Positions 49,860 through 60,011 of a DNA stretch of 64,000 bases are shown here, piece by piece; position 1 is the stretch's first letter; each line of letters begins with the position of its first letter. Below the pieces are notes generated by a model. That model was not told the DNA's origin and did not search any database. It saw only the letters and a list, made by a program, of their open reading frames with translations. Source of the DNA: Candidatus Hermodarchaeota archaeon (GTDB taxonomy: Archaea > Asgardarchaeota > Lokiarchaeia > Sigyniarchaeales > SOKP01); contig JBHLLP010000011.1 in NCBI GenBank assembly GCA_048885525.1, forward strand, positions 29,103-93,102, read 5' to 3'. The position numbers and the translations under genes were made by a program.

Positions 49860-51125
49860 TTAGACCTCAAAAACCCATTCACCATTTCGCATTATTGCTT
49901 CTACGGTTTCATCCTCCAATATTCCATCTACATTCATTTCCCCTGAACCAATCATAAAATCAACATGGATAAGACTATCATTACCTCCAGCAGCATTGAA
50001 CTCTTCTTCAGTCAATATATTACCATTTTTCAGTGAGTTCCTATAAGCCTGACCTAGTGCGATATGATTTGATGCATTTTCATCGATTAATATATTATAA
50101 AAAAGCAAGCCTGTTTGTGATATTGGAGAACTATTTGGTACTAAAGCAATCTCTCCAAGTCTTCGAGCTCCTTCATCAATATTAATTGTTTTATTCAAAA
50201 ACTCATTACCGACTTTAGCTTGTGCCTCAATTATACGTCCATTTGAAAATTTTAAGATACAATCTTCCACAATTTTTCCTTGAAAGAAAACTGGTCTAGT
50301 AGTTTTAACAACCCCATCAACCTTGTCTTTATGTGGAATCGTATAAATTTCTTCAGTAGGGATATTTGATGTAAAATCAAGCCCATTCTGTGTTTTTACA
50401 CTTCCACCATGCCAGATATGACCGTTAGGTAATCCAATAGTTAGATTTGTCTCTGGAGAAGTCAACTTTAGTGTTGTGTACTGTTTCTGATTTAAATATT
50501 CACATCGCTTATGCAGATTTTCATTATGTTTTTGCCACACAGCAGTAGGATTATCTTCATTTATTCGACATATTTTGAATATTATATCCCATAATTTCTG
50601 AATTTGTTCATTTGAAGGAATGTCTGGAAATAATTTATCTGCCCAAGCCTTGTTTGCTGTTGAAATGATTAACCAGTTTAGCGCATTTTGAGTTACAAGA
50701 TCTAATACAGGTTTAAATTGCTTATGAAAGTTGAGTTGGAATTTTGAAACCAAACTAGGATCTACATCTTCCAATAAATCGGGATTTGGGTTCATAATGT
50801 GAAGATTCGCATCTCCCGCTTGAGAGATGTCAAATCTGGCATCGATTCGCCATTTTGGATATTCTTTAAGCGCTTTTTTAGGACCATATAGAAATCGCAT
50901 CAAGCGTAATTGTTCATCATCCCACACTACATCAACTAACCGAGCTCCCATTTGATATGCTTTTTTCGCAATTATCCTTATGAGCGGAATATTTTCAAAA
51001 GATATCCCATCATAGAAGGAAGTCGGGCCTCCGATGAGTAAGCGTTGATTAGGTTGAAGATTTAAACCTATCTTTAATATGACATCGGCATATTTTTCTA
51101 ACTTCTGTTCAAATTCGGACAACAT
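49860..51125 (-). CDS. Aminopeptidase, M29 (AmpS/PepS/aminopeptidase T) family
   Basis: NIPTEE, LGEIALV, LIDENASNHIALG, SLIHVDFMIG. Confidence 0.95.
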   Translation of the reverse strand: MLSEFEQKLEKYADVILKIGLNLQPNQRLLIGGPTSFYDGISFENIPLIRIIAKKAYQMGARLVDVVWDDEQLRLMRFLYGPKKALKEYPKWRIDARFDISQAGDANLHIMNPNPDLLEDVDPSLVSKFQLNFHKQFKPVLDLVTQNALNWLIISTANKAWADKLFPDIPSNEQIQKLWDIIFKICRINEDNPTAVWQKHNENLHKRCEYLNQKQYTTLKLTSPETNLTIGLPNGHIWHGGSVKTQNGLDFTSNIPTEEIYTIPHKDKVDGVVKTTRPVFFQGKIVEDCILKFSNGRIIEAQAKVGNEFLNKTINIDEGARRLGEIALVPNSSPISQTGLLFYNILIDENASNHIALGQAYRNSLKNGNILTEEEFNAAGGNDSLIHVDFMIGSGEMNVDGILEDETVEAIMRNGEWVFEV

Positions 51126-51227
51126 TTGCTTTCAATTCATATTTTTACCTTTTATTAAGGTTACGTTGCTATAATTAAAAAGGATTTAGAAAAAAATGCT
51201 TTTTATTAATATATAAATTCTCTCTCT

Positions 51228-52220
51228 TTATGGAAACATTGCATAGAATGTGAAAATTACCACATCTGGAAAGAAATGAATTATCCATGCCCAGAAAAAA
51301 CCTTTAGTTTCTAAAAGGCTCTTTCCTAAAAACCACCCTAGATAAGCAGAAAGAGCTATTCCAATTAAACCACTAGGTACTCCATAATAATGTCCAAGTC
51401 CAAAATACAGAGTCGTAATTAATAAAGCTTGTTTTTTTCCTATTACCCCCCTCAATTCTGAAAGGGGGGCAGCTCTTAATGTAAATTCTTCGTTGAATGC
51501 ATTAATTGCAGCTATAAGAATTGAAACAGGTAATAAGGGTAACACTCTGATAAAGTCATTTACCGAAGGGAATTTAGAAAACAATAAAAACATTAGGGTA
51601 CCTAAAGTAAAAACGATCGCGAATATGCTACCAATTTTTGTCCAAGGTTCTGGCGATTTCATACCGATTAGCTTTGATGGTTCAACCTGTGCTCTAATTT
51701 CACCTTTTACTAAGAAGAAATCTTTTCGTTTTCTTCCGGTTATCAAAAGAAAACTGAGTACTGCTAAAGCGGGTGAAAGTCTTAAAAGATGAGTTAGGAT
51801 CGATGACAAGGCCCAGGGCATCTGATTCATCCATTCTATCCAAACTGAACTTCCTCTGATTGCTGGAATTATTCCCCATTGCCATCCACCACCATAACCA
51901 AAGAGGAAGATAATAAGTATTACCGCAATAAACCTTCTTAACGGTTTCAAGTCTTTTTTGACTAAAGAAGATATAAAGATTGCCAACATGATAATTAGAG
52001 TTAGAATGGGCCACCAAAAAGGCTCCCCAAGTCCAAACTCCCTCCAAAAAATAAGAGATATGGAACTTGCGAACAAAGTTATAATCCAACTCAATATGAT
52101 TAACCTTGACCACCAATTGTGATGTTTGAGCTTGCTATTTTCGATTTTATTTCTTATTATTGTTGTTTGCACTTCCTTGGAGTCTCCTATATTTTCTGAA
52201 GATAAACTTTTATTTGACAA
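51228..52220 (-). CDS. CPBP/Abi (CAAX protease) intramembrane metalloprotease
   Basis: NEEFTLR, FGLGH, WIIHF..D. Confidence 0.9.
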   Translation of the reverse strand: MSNKSLSSENIGDSKEVQTTIIRNKIENSKLKHHNWWSRLIILSWIITLFASSISLIFWREFGLGEPFWWPILTLIIMLAIFISSLVKKDLKPLRRFIAVILIIFLFGYGGGWQWGIIPAIRGSSVWIEWMNQMPWALSSILTHLLRLSPALAVLSFLLITGRKRKDFFLVKGEIRAQVEPSKLIGMKSPEPWTKIGSIFAIVFTLGTLMFLLFSKFPSVNDFIRVLPLLPVSILIAAINAFNEEFTLRAAPLSELRGVIGKKQALLITTLYFGLGHYYGVPSGLIGIALSAYLGWFLGKSLLETKGFFWAWIIHFFPDVVIFTFYAMFP

Positions 52221-52392
52221 TATTGAAATAAATCCCCTAGTTTTATATTATTAATAACTTAAAGGAAGCATTTAAAAAAAAGTTTCCTTTCTTCTTCAAA
52301 TTTAATTACTATATTTACGCAGACACATTTGTCATGGTTTACGTAAATTAGGATCGAATTAACAAGTTATATATGCCATTTGCTACCATTTC

Positions 52393-52428
52393 AAAAAAAT
52401 GTTCAAATATTTTAAAAAAATGTTCAAA
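52393..52428. repeat. Tandem duplication AAAAAAATGTTCAAA x2 (period 21); duplicated T-tract terminator of the HAD gene
   Basis: Identical 15-mers at 52393 and 52414, directly after the minus-strand stop at 52429. Confidence 0.6.
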
Positions 52429-53064
52429 CTATAAATTATTAAATCTTTTCAAATCAACTAAATTTTGGATATTAAAATCTGATAAAGGATGATTTAATCC
52501 CTCAGTATTAAAATAACATGATTTTATATTGATTGCTTTAGCTGCTTGAATGTCAATATCTCTATCACCAATTAAAAGCAGACTGGGTTTTGGGATTTGA
52601 TATCTTTCTATGAGATAAAGAATTGCTGATGGATCAGGTTTTTTTTGAAATTTATCCTCATTAGTTATTATGTGTTCAAAAAGATCGTTCACTTTATAAT
52701 ATTTTATCAACTTGTTTAAGCTAAGTTTCCCTCGATGAGTAAAGATGTAATTTTTTCCCCCTTTTTTTTTTATAAGTTCAAGTATTTCTAAAGTTCCATT
52801 AAATGGAGGTTGCTCACTCTCTTTTATTTTGGTATATTCTCTACTGAACAACTCTTGAAGAATTTCACTTTTTATATTTAATTCTTTTGAAACTTGATTT
52901 AAGCAATGTATAAGACTTTTTTGGCACAATTCTTTTACCTTTTCATAGTGTAGTTCTTTTTTAAAACTCTTTTTCGCTACAACTATTATTGTTTGAACAA
53001 TAGAAGGATATGTATTAAAGAGAGTTCCATCGAAATCCCAAATGAAGTGATTAAATTTCATCAT
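52429..53064 (-). CDS. HAD-superfamily hydrolase (phosphoglycolate phosphatase-like)
   Basis: WDFDGTL, THR, KPDP, IGDRDID. Confidence 0.92.
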   Translation of the reverse strand: MMKFNHFIWDFDGTLFNTYPSIVQTIIVVAKKSFKKELHYEKVKELCQKSLIHCLNQVSKELNIKSEILQELFSREYTKIKESEQPPFNGTLEILELIKKKGGKNYIFTHRGKLSLNKLIKYYKVNDLFEHIITNEDKFQKKPDPSAILYLIERYQIPKPSLLLIGDRDIDIQAAKAINIKSCYFNTEGLNHPLSDFNIQNLVDLKRFNNL

Positions 53065-53308
53065 ATATATAAATAGTTGCTTTTATTTATGGTTAATATT
53101 AAATAACCTTTTGTAATAACAGATATCTTATAACCTAATCTATAATCATCTTTAAGTATTGTTAGTCTTTTTAGATTTTTATTTCTAATAAACCCTCGAA
53201 AGTGGATAAAAATTTAATGTTATTAAGTTTATATCAATAATATTTAAATCCCTAATTATTATTTGTTAATATAGTGAAAGACGCAGAATTAAGCAGGTGG
53301 GTTGAATC

Positions 53309-53812
53309 ATTATAGAGAAAAATGTTCAAAAAAATGATGAAATCTTATATACAGAATGGATTCCAACTGGAAGATTTGTAAAAGGGATGATGTTATGTGT
53401 TTGTACATTAAGCGTATCTCTGGGTATTATTATATCTGTTTTCAAGCCAGAAGAATTGGTATTTATAAGTATCTTTTTTGGAGCTTTAAGCCTATTTATC
53501 TTTCTTGTATATTTGAACTACAGGGGAATAAAAATTACACTAACTAATTATGAACTTGAACTTAAATATGGTATTTTTAACCATAAAAGAATTCTAATAA
53601 AACAGATAACTAGTTGCGATATAACTAAAACACCTTTTAAAACTTATGGTGGAGTAGGAATTCGACTCGGACTAGATGGTTCATGGGCTTATAATGCGGA
53701 TTTCGGAGAATCTGTAAAATTAACATTTCACCGTGGTAGTCCATTTGTCTTTTCCACAAGAAATCCACAAAAAATTTGTAAATTAATACAAGAACTATCA
53801 GATAGGTTATAA
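53309..53812 (+). CDS. 2-TM + bacterial PH-like domain protein, probable ATT/ATA start (track start 53387)
   Basis: YGGVGIR, FVFSTRNPQKI; frame open for 26 extra codons (EILYTEWIPTGRF) after an AGGTGG RBS. Confidence 0.7.
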   Translation: MIEKNVQKNDEILYTEWIPTGRFVKGMMLCVCTLSVSLGIIISVFKPEELVFISIFFGALSLFIFLVYLNYRGIKITLTNYELELKYGIFNHKRILIKQITSCDITKTPFKTYGGVGIRLGLDGSWAYNADFGESVKLTFHRGSPFVFSTRNPQKICKLIQELSDRL

Positions 53813-54004
53813 AAAGTACTGGGAACTCCATATTTTCTCAATCTTCTTTTCTTTTTGAGAATCCTTTCTCTAAATAATGCAAATGACAAATAGCTCCCAT
53901 TTCTAAAAATTCACCCTTAATTATTTCCACTTTTTCTAAATTTCGTGTCCCATAGAACTACTGATTTATTTAATCATGGTTAAAAGGAATTATGATAGTA
54001 TAAA

Positions 54005-57000
54005 TTAAGCTTCGGGTAATAAAATTACAAAAGAATCTCCTTCAACCCATATTTTTCCATTGTAATTATTTAGGATTCGTTCAACTAAAAGAAATCCTAA
54101 GATTATTTCTTTAATCTTGCTATCTTTTTCTCTTTCTTTTTGGAATATCATTTCTTTTTCAATATTTAAAATCTCTTTTTGATGATCGATAACTTTTACT
54201 TTAATATAATTTATATCATCCATTTGACTTGTAAAAATAATAATTTTAATCTTGATTTTTGGATTTCTATTGTATCGAATTGAACTGATAAGGATATTCA
54301 CAAAAACATCAATTAGAAACTTATCAGCTTTCACATATAGATCCTCAGGTGGATGTTCAACATCAATTTTAATTTTTTTATTAGGATAACTATTTGTGAT
54401 AAATTCTTTAACGTCCTCAATAACATCATTTAAATTTACTGCTTTAATTAAAATATTTGCTTCATTAATCATAGTTAATTTTTGGATTATATATAGCAGA
54501 AGTTGACCATTTATGCATTGATCTTTAATATTATCTAGTAATTTTCTATTAGATTTTGATATAATTCGAGTGTTTTGCTTATTGTATTCATCTAATAATG
54601 ATTGAACGTTCTTTATTATAGAATTTATATCATTTACGAATAATTCTTTATAAAAATATTCTCGATCTAATTCTTGGTGCATAGTCTGTTCACTTTTGCG
54701 TACATTTTCTTCAGTAAACATACGCAACATGACATGTTTAAAAATCTCTGAAATAATGGTAAGTAATTCTAAATTTTCTTCTACCCAATAATCCTGGTCG
54801 GTTAGGTTATCAAAACAGACCATTCCTTCTAATATCCCATTAATTATTATTGAAAACGTTAAAAAATTGTTCACTCTTTGATTTTTAAGAAAATACGCTA
54901 AATTAACTGCCTCTCTAGGAAGGTTATCTACATCTTTAACATAATAATAATCAGAATCTTTTAATTTCTCACTTAACCATGGAAAATTATCAATATCTAT
55001 ACTTTCAGGTAAACTAATATGAGGTAGAATCAATTTGCGAGACCAAACATAATTTCTTTTTGTATCATCAGAATTATTATCAAAAATGTAAAGATACGCT
55101 CGTGTTGCGTTAACAAATTCACCAATATCTCTAAGTGATTCAATTATAGCTTGGTTAAATTCTTGTATGCCTACAAATCTGGATACAGTTCCTGCAATAA
55201 TAGTTTTTAATCTAGATATTTTCTTTAATTCCTGTTCTATTTTTTTCTGCTCTGTTATGTTCTCACAAATAATTTGATAAAATGTTTTTTCACCAATATC
55301 AACTAAAGAAGATTGCAAATTAACCCAAATTAGGTTACCATTTTTATGATATAGTTGAATTTCTAATGGAGAAAAAACTTTACCTCTTTCTTGTCTTTTT
55401 ACTCTGTCTAGAACACCTATTAGATAATCTTTATGAATCAATGAAAGATCTACAAATTTTCTTCCCATTAGTTCCTCTCTTGTATATCCTAATGTTTTCT
55501 CTAAATTAGGATTAAAGTCGACTAGAGCTCCATTAGGATCAATTAAAAGAATAGAAAAGGGTGAATCTTCGAAAAGATGACGATATTTTATTTCAGAATG
55601 CTTTAATTTAATTTCTGCTTCTACTCGCTTACTAATATCCCGAATAATGTATTGAACTAAAATTTGACCCCCCATCTGTACTTCATTGAAACTAATTTCA
55701 ACTGGAACTAGCCTACCAGAGCTATCAATTACCTCTAATCTTAAGGGAAATGGATAATTAAGTTGATCAAATACTTCTTCATTAAAATCGATATCAATTA
55801 TATCACTTATTATTTGACTTGAATGCAATCCAATAAAATCCTCAAATGGTCGTTGAAATAAAACCTCAGCTTCTTTGTTAACATCCATTATTATTCCAGA
55901 TTTTTTATCAATGATTAAAATGGCATCTCGAGCAGCTTTGAATAAAGCCTCGTAATGTAATTCAGCCATTTTAAGTGCTTCAATTGATGGTCGATACAGG
56001 TCAATTTGATGATTTATTGTATTATGAATAATTTTAAGAATATTTACGACTTGATCTTTATTCAAGTAATTCTTCTTTATCTCATCAAAATATTGAAGTA
56101 TGAAGGAACTAAATTGGTTAATAATATTTTTAGGAATCCTTTCATTATAATAAATTATTAAAGATAATGGTAATATACCTCCTCTAATGCTCTCATTTGG
56201 AACATAGTCAAAATAAATCGCTGCATTTGAATTTAAGTGAGGAAACGGAAGAATTACTGAGGTTGGTTTAAACATCTCTCCTCCAAAAACGAATTGTGAT
56301 ATCGAAAAACTTTTTACAGAAATCAATTCTGGGTCCTCAAAAGCATCTTTTGGATAAACTGCTTCTACTTTAAGACCTAGATTTTCATCCCAACGGCTAA
56401 AAATTATACTAACTTCACTTCTTGGAGTATAGTGTTCAACTCTCTCTGTAATTTTTAATGAGAGCCAATTAAATGCTTCATCAATATTTACGTTTTTATT
56501 TCCACTTGTTAGAAATGATTTCATTGGCCTTTTTCCGAGTTTCTTAACACCCATAGCTTCTTCTAATTCATTTATATCTGGCCGTTTTAAGTCAATCTTA
56601 TTATAAAGAATAAGAAGTGGTAATTCACTTAACTCTGGTTTCCCCGCAATTTCGTGCAGCAATTCACGGGCAAATGAGAATTTTATTTTATCGGTAACAT
56701 CTAAAACAAAAATTAATCCATCTTGGTTTTTAAGATAAGGTTTCCAGAGTTCTTTAACTTTGTACTTTCCAGGAATATCATAAGTTAATAATGATACGTT
56801 ATTAACTAAAATTCTAGATATGTCGACATTTATAGTTGGAAATATCGTTTTCGATACTGATTTCCTTCTGGTTTTGATTATAGTCGATTTCCCCGCCTGT
56901 GAAAGCCCAAAAATCAATATTTTTGCCTCTTTTTGTTCATATATAACGTCTTGCTCTGGAAAAGATGTATGAAATGTATTAAGTAATGTTCTTATCTCCT

Positions 57001-57397
57001 CTAGTTTAGTGGAATCTCCTTTATGGATTCTTGAATCCACATAAAAAGCTTTGAAAACATTTTCGATTTTTTTAAATTCTTCAACAAATCCCTCTAAAAA
57101 TTTTTCAGCAAGAGTAGAATTAATTTGAGATTTACCATCAATAACTAATGAAATTAGAAGACGCTCCTTTCTCGTGTTTGAATACTCACTTGGAATATCA
57201 AAGATTAGATTAGCTGTTTTAAAAGTTCCAAATGCATGTTTAAAAAATCCATTTTCGTAGAGATATATCAATAAAGGCACTTGTTTGATATCGTCTCTTT
57301 CAATCGCTTCAGGCATTTTTAAAAAAATATATGGAGGAAAATATGGATTCCGATGACTTAAAATTAAAATTCTCAAACTACAACAACCTCTTTTCAC
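54005..57397 (-). CDS. Longin-like / Arf-family small GTPase / uDENN-longin-like / PAS / PAS / GAF / degenerate histidine kinase fusion
   Basis: GLSQAGKS, PT, DIPG, NKID; two PAS domains (IRDISKR, CENITEQK); GAF; HisKA/HATPase remnants (NDINS, ADKFLIDVFVNIL, LGFLLVERI..YNGKIWVE). Confidence 0.85.
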   Translation of the reverse strand: MKRGCCSLRILILSHRNPYFPPYIFLKMPEAIERDDIKQVPLLIYLYENGFFKHAFGTFKTANLIFDIPSEYSNTRKERLLISLVIDGKSQINSTLAEKFLEGFVEEFKKIENVFKAFYVDSRIHKGDSTKLEEIRTLLNTFHTSFPEQDVIYEQKEAKILIFGLSQAGKSTIIKTRRKSVSKTIFPTINVDISRILVNNVSLLTYDIPGKYKVKELWKPYLKNQDGLIFVLDVTDKIKFSFARELLHEIAGKPELSELPLLILYNKIDLKRPDINELEEAMGVKKLGKRPMKSFLTSGNKNVNIDEAFNWLSLKITERVEHYTPRSEVSIIFSRWDENLGLKVEAVYPKDAFEDPELISVKSFSISQFVFGGEMFKPTSVILPFPHLNSNAAIYFDYVPNESIRGGILPLSLIIYYNERIPKNIINQFSSFILQYFDEIKKNYLNKDQVVNILKIIHNTINHQIDLYRPSIEALKMAELHYEALFKAARDAILIIDKKSGIIMDVNKEAEVLFQRPFEDFIGLHSSQIISDIIDIDFNEEVFDQLNYPFPLRLEVIDSSGRLVPVEISFNEVQMGGQILVQYIIRDISKRVEAEIKLKHSEIKYRHLFEDSPFSILLIDPNGALVDFNPNLEKTLGYTREELMGRKFVDLSLIHKDYLIGVLDRVKRQERGKVFSPLEIQLYHKNGNLIWVNLQSSLVDIGEKTFYQIICENITEQKKIEQELKKISRLKTIIAGTVSRFVGIQEFNQAIIESLRDIGEFVNATRAYLYIFDNNSDDTKRNYVWSRKLILPHISLPESIDIDNFPWLSEKLKDSDYYYVKDVDNLPREAVNLAYFLKNQRVNNFLTFSIIINGILEGMVCFDNLTDQDYWVEENLELLTIISEIFKHVMLRMFTEENVRKSEQTMHQELDREYFYKELFVNDINSIIKNVQSLLDEYNKQNTRIISKSNRKLLDNIKDQCINGQLLLYIIQKLTMINEANILIKAVNLNDVIEDVKEFITNSYPNKKIKIDVEHPPEDLYVKADKFLIDVFVNILISSIRYNRNPKIKIKIIIFTSQMDDINYIKVKVIDHQKEILNIEKEMIFQKEREKDSKIKEIILGFLLVERILNNYNGKIWVEGDSFVILLPEA

Positions 57398-58044
57398 TAT
57401 TTATAAATTAAGCTCTATTAATGTACAACTAAATTATTTTATAAAAAAATTAATTGTTATAAAATCTGGTCTAGCGTAAACATTAATGCTGCTAATTTTA
57501 ATGCATATAACTTAACTATAATTTATTAATAAAAATTCGAGTAAAAAAATATTTCAAATTTATTCTCCTCTATCAACAAGATTCATCTTGTTAAATTGCC
57601 ATTAATCGAGAATTATAAACATCAGGAGCCCTCAAATCATCAAAATTTACTTGAACTATTAAATATATAACAGTAAAATTTAAAATCATTTAATGTGAGA
57701 TTAATTGTTTTATTAATTTATTCACTATAGATTTCTATTGATTGGAAATCAAATATAGGAAGAGAATGAGAAGAAAGGAAATAATTAGTTATTTGAAAGC
57801 TACTAGATTTAAGCGTATTAATCTTAAAGGCATTAATTTTAAAATTAATTGTTAAATTTTTAATTCAAAAATAAAGAAGAATCTTTACTTTATTTATCTA
57901 AAGAAATTATATTCTCTAATATTTTATAATAAAAGGATAAATAAATTTAACAATATATTTAATGTTTAGGTCAATTTTATAAGAAATTTTAGATATATGA
58001 AAGTTTTTAATTGAAAATCTACATAAGAGTTGATTGATAAATAG

Positions 58045-59235
58045 ATGACCAATTATAATTATAAATATGTAATTATTGGAGGTGGAATGACTGCAGATGC
58101 CGCGGTTCATAGCATCCGGGATAACGATACTAAAGGAACTATTGGTTTAATTAGCAGTGAAGATGATCCTCCTTATGCACGTCCTCCACTTTCTAAAGCT
58201 CTTTGGACAGGTGATGAAGAACTCGAAGATATTGATTTGGGAACTAGTGAAATTGATCTCACAATGCATCTTAGCAGGATGGTGACTAAAATTGATCGCT
58301 CTAATAAAGAAGCGATAGATGAACAAGGAAATACATATAGTTATGAAAAGCTCCTTATTGCTACGGGAGGTATTCCTAGAACAATCCCTACAATCGAAGA
58401 GAAAGGAATAATATATTACCGTACACTTTCAGACTATAAGAATTTGAAAAAACTTGTTGAACAAAACAAAACATTCGGAGTCATTGGCGGTGGTTTCATT
58501 GGATCAGAAATAGCAGCAGCTATAAAAATTTATAAGTCAGATGCAGAGGTTACTATGATTTTTCCTGAGACTGGAATTTGCGCATTAATTTTTCCAAGAA
58601 CCTTAAGCAATCATATAAATGATTATTATCGGGAAAATGGTATTACAGTAATAACAGATGATTTAGTAACTAAAATTAAAAAACAGGATAAAGCTTATTT
58701 GGTTGAAACTAGAAGTGGAAAAAAGCTTAAGTTTGATACCGTTATTGCGGGATTAGGAATTAAACCAAATGTAAAACTCGCAGAAGAAGCAAACTTAGAG
58801 GTTAAAGATGGAATTGTGGTAAATGAATATCTTAGAACAAATGATCCTGATATTTATGCTGCTGGAGATGTAGCAATTTATCATAATCATGCACTAGATA
58901 AATATATCCGTGTGGAACATGAAGATAACGCCCTTATGATGGGAGAAATTGCAGGTCAAAATATGTCAGGAAAACTAAATCCTTTTGATCATTTATCCTT
59001 ATTCTACTCTGACTTATTTGAACTTAGTTATGAAGCAGTAGGAATTTTAGACTCAAAATTAGAAATGGTTGAAGATTGGAAAGAACCTTTAGAGGAAGGC
59101 TTAATATATTACTTAAAGGAGGGAAAGGTTCAAGGAGTCCTTTTATGGAATGTTTGGGAAAAAGTTGATGAAGCTCGAGAATTAATTGCGGAACCAGGAC
59201 CATTCTCAAAAGATGATTTGATGGGTCGAATCTAA
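58045..59235 (+). CDS. FAD/NAD(P)H oxidoreductase, AIF/ferredoxin reductase-like
   Basis: IIGGG, PYARPPLSK, IATGG, GGGFIGSE, IYAAGD, RVEHEDNA, GVLLWNVW. Confidence 0.92.
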   Translation: MTNYNYKYVIIGGGMTADAAVHSIRDNDTKGTIGLISSEDDPPYARPPLSKALWTGDEELEDIDLGTSEIDLTMHLSRMVTKIDRSNKEAIDEQGNTYSYEKLLIATGGIPRTIPTIEEKGIIYYRTLSDYKNLKKLVEQNKTFGVIGGGFIGSEIAAAIKIYKSDAEVTMIFPETGICALIFPRTLSNHINDYYRENGITVITDDLVTKIKKQDKAYLVETRSGKKLKFDTVIAGLGIKPNVKLAEEANLEVKDGIVVNEYLRTNDPDIYAAGDVAIYHNHALDKYIRVEHEDNALMMGEIAGQNMSGKLNPFDHLSLFYSDLFELSYEAVGILDSKLEMVEDWKEPLEEGLIYYLKEGKVQGVLLWNVWEKVDEARELIAEPGPFSKDDLMGRI

Positions 59236-59388
59236 CAATTTATTTTATTTTTTATTTTTTTCAATAAACCTTAGTTAATCTATTCCTTACTAATAATTTA
59301 AAATCCCATATTTTTATAATATTAAAAAAGTATTTTTAAATGAGAGATTGTATCTTCTTTATAAAAGAACCCGATGAGGTGAAAAATT

Positions 59389-59730
59389 ATTCCAAATTTA
59401 CTAAATACTAAATGTGTGCCGTGTGAAGGTGGAATACCTCCATTAGTTGAAGGAAAAGAAAATAAATATCTTAAAGAAGTAGAGGGATGGTCGTTAATTA
59501 GGGAAGATATTCATCGAATTAAAAAGGAATTCTATTTTGAAGATTTCAGGGAAGCTATGAAATTTGTAAATAAAGTAGCAGATCTTGCTGAGGAAGAGGG
59601 CCATCATCCGGATATCTATATATATTATGATGAAGTTATATTAGAACTCCATACACATGCAATAAAAGGACTCCATCTTAATGATTTTGTGATGGCAGCA
59701 AAAATTAATGTTATAGAGAAAGAATGGTAA
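59389..59730 (+). CDS. phhB: Pterin-4a-carbinolamine dehydratase, probable ATT start (track start 59416)
   Basis: KCVPCEGG, AEEEGHHPDI, THAIKGLHLNDFVMAAKI; GAGGTGA RBS then ATT ATT CCA. Confidence 0.9.
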   Translation: MPNLLNTKCVPCEGGIPPLVEGKENKYLKEVEGWSLIREDIHRIKKEFYFEDFREAMKFVNKVADLAEEEGHHPDIYIYYDEVILELHTHAIKGLHLNDFVMAAKINVIEKEW

Positions 59731-60011
59731 ATAAATATAAATCAAACAGAATATCAAGAGGGTGATAATAAAAAGGAAGATGCTGACCATTTATTTAAAT
59801 ATCTTTCAGGAACGTCATCCTTCCGCAAAACTTTATGTGGTTTATACTCAGGTTTTTCCCTAAGTTCTCTGATATTTATAATTTCAATTAATCAAGAGCT
59901 TTGTAATATTAATAGTAAATGAGTATTATATTCAATTTAAGATATTTTTAATAAATAAAATTTAATTTTACAATTTAATTTTAGATTTTTAGATTAAATT
60001 CTTTCTGCGTT

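Noticed and set aside
53840-53960. Minus-strand fragment FYGTRNLEKVEIIKGEFLEMGAICHLH, vaguely SDR-like
   Set aside because: Too short, no supported start, similarity cannot be substantiated
59755-59895. Minus-strand coding-like stretch (INIRELREKPEYKPHKVLRKDDVPERY...)
   Set aside because: No canonical start or RBS and no recognisable family; may be a remnant
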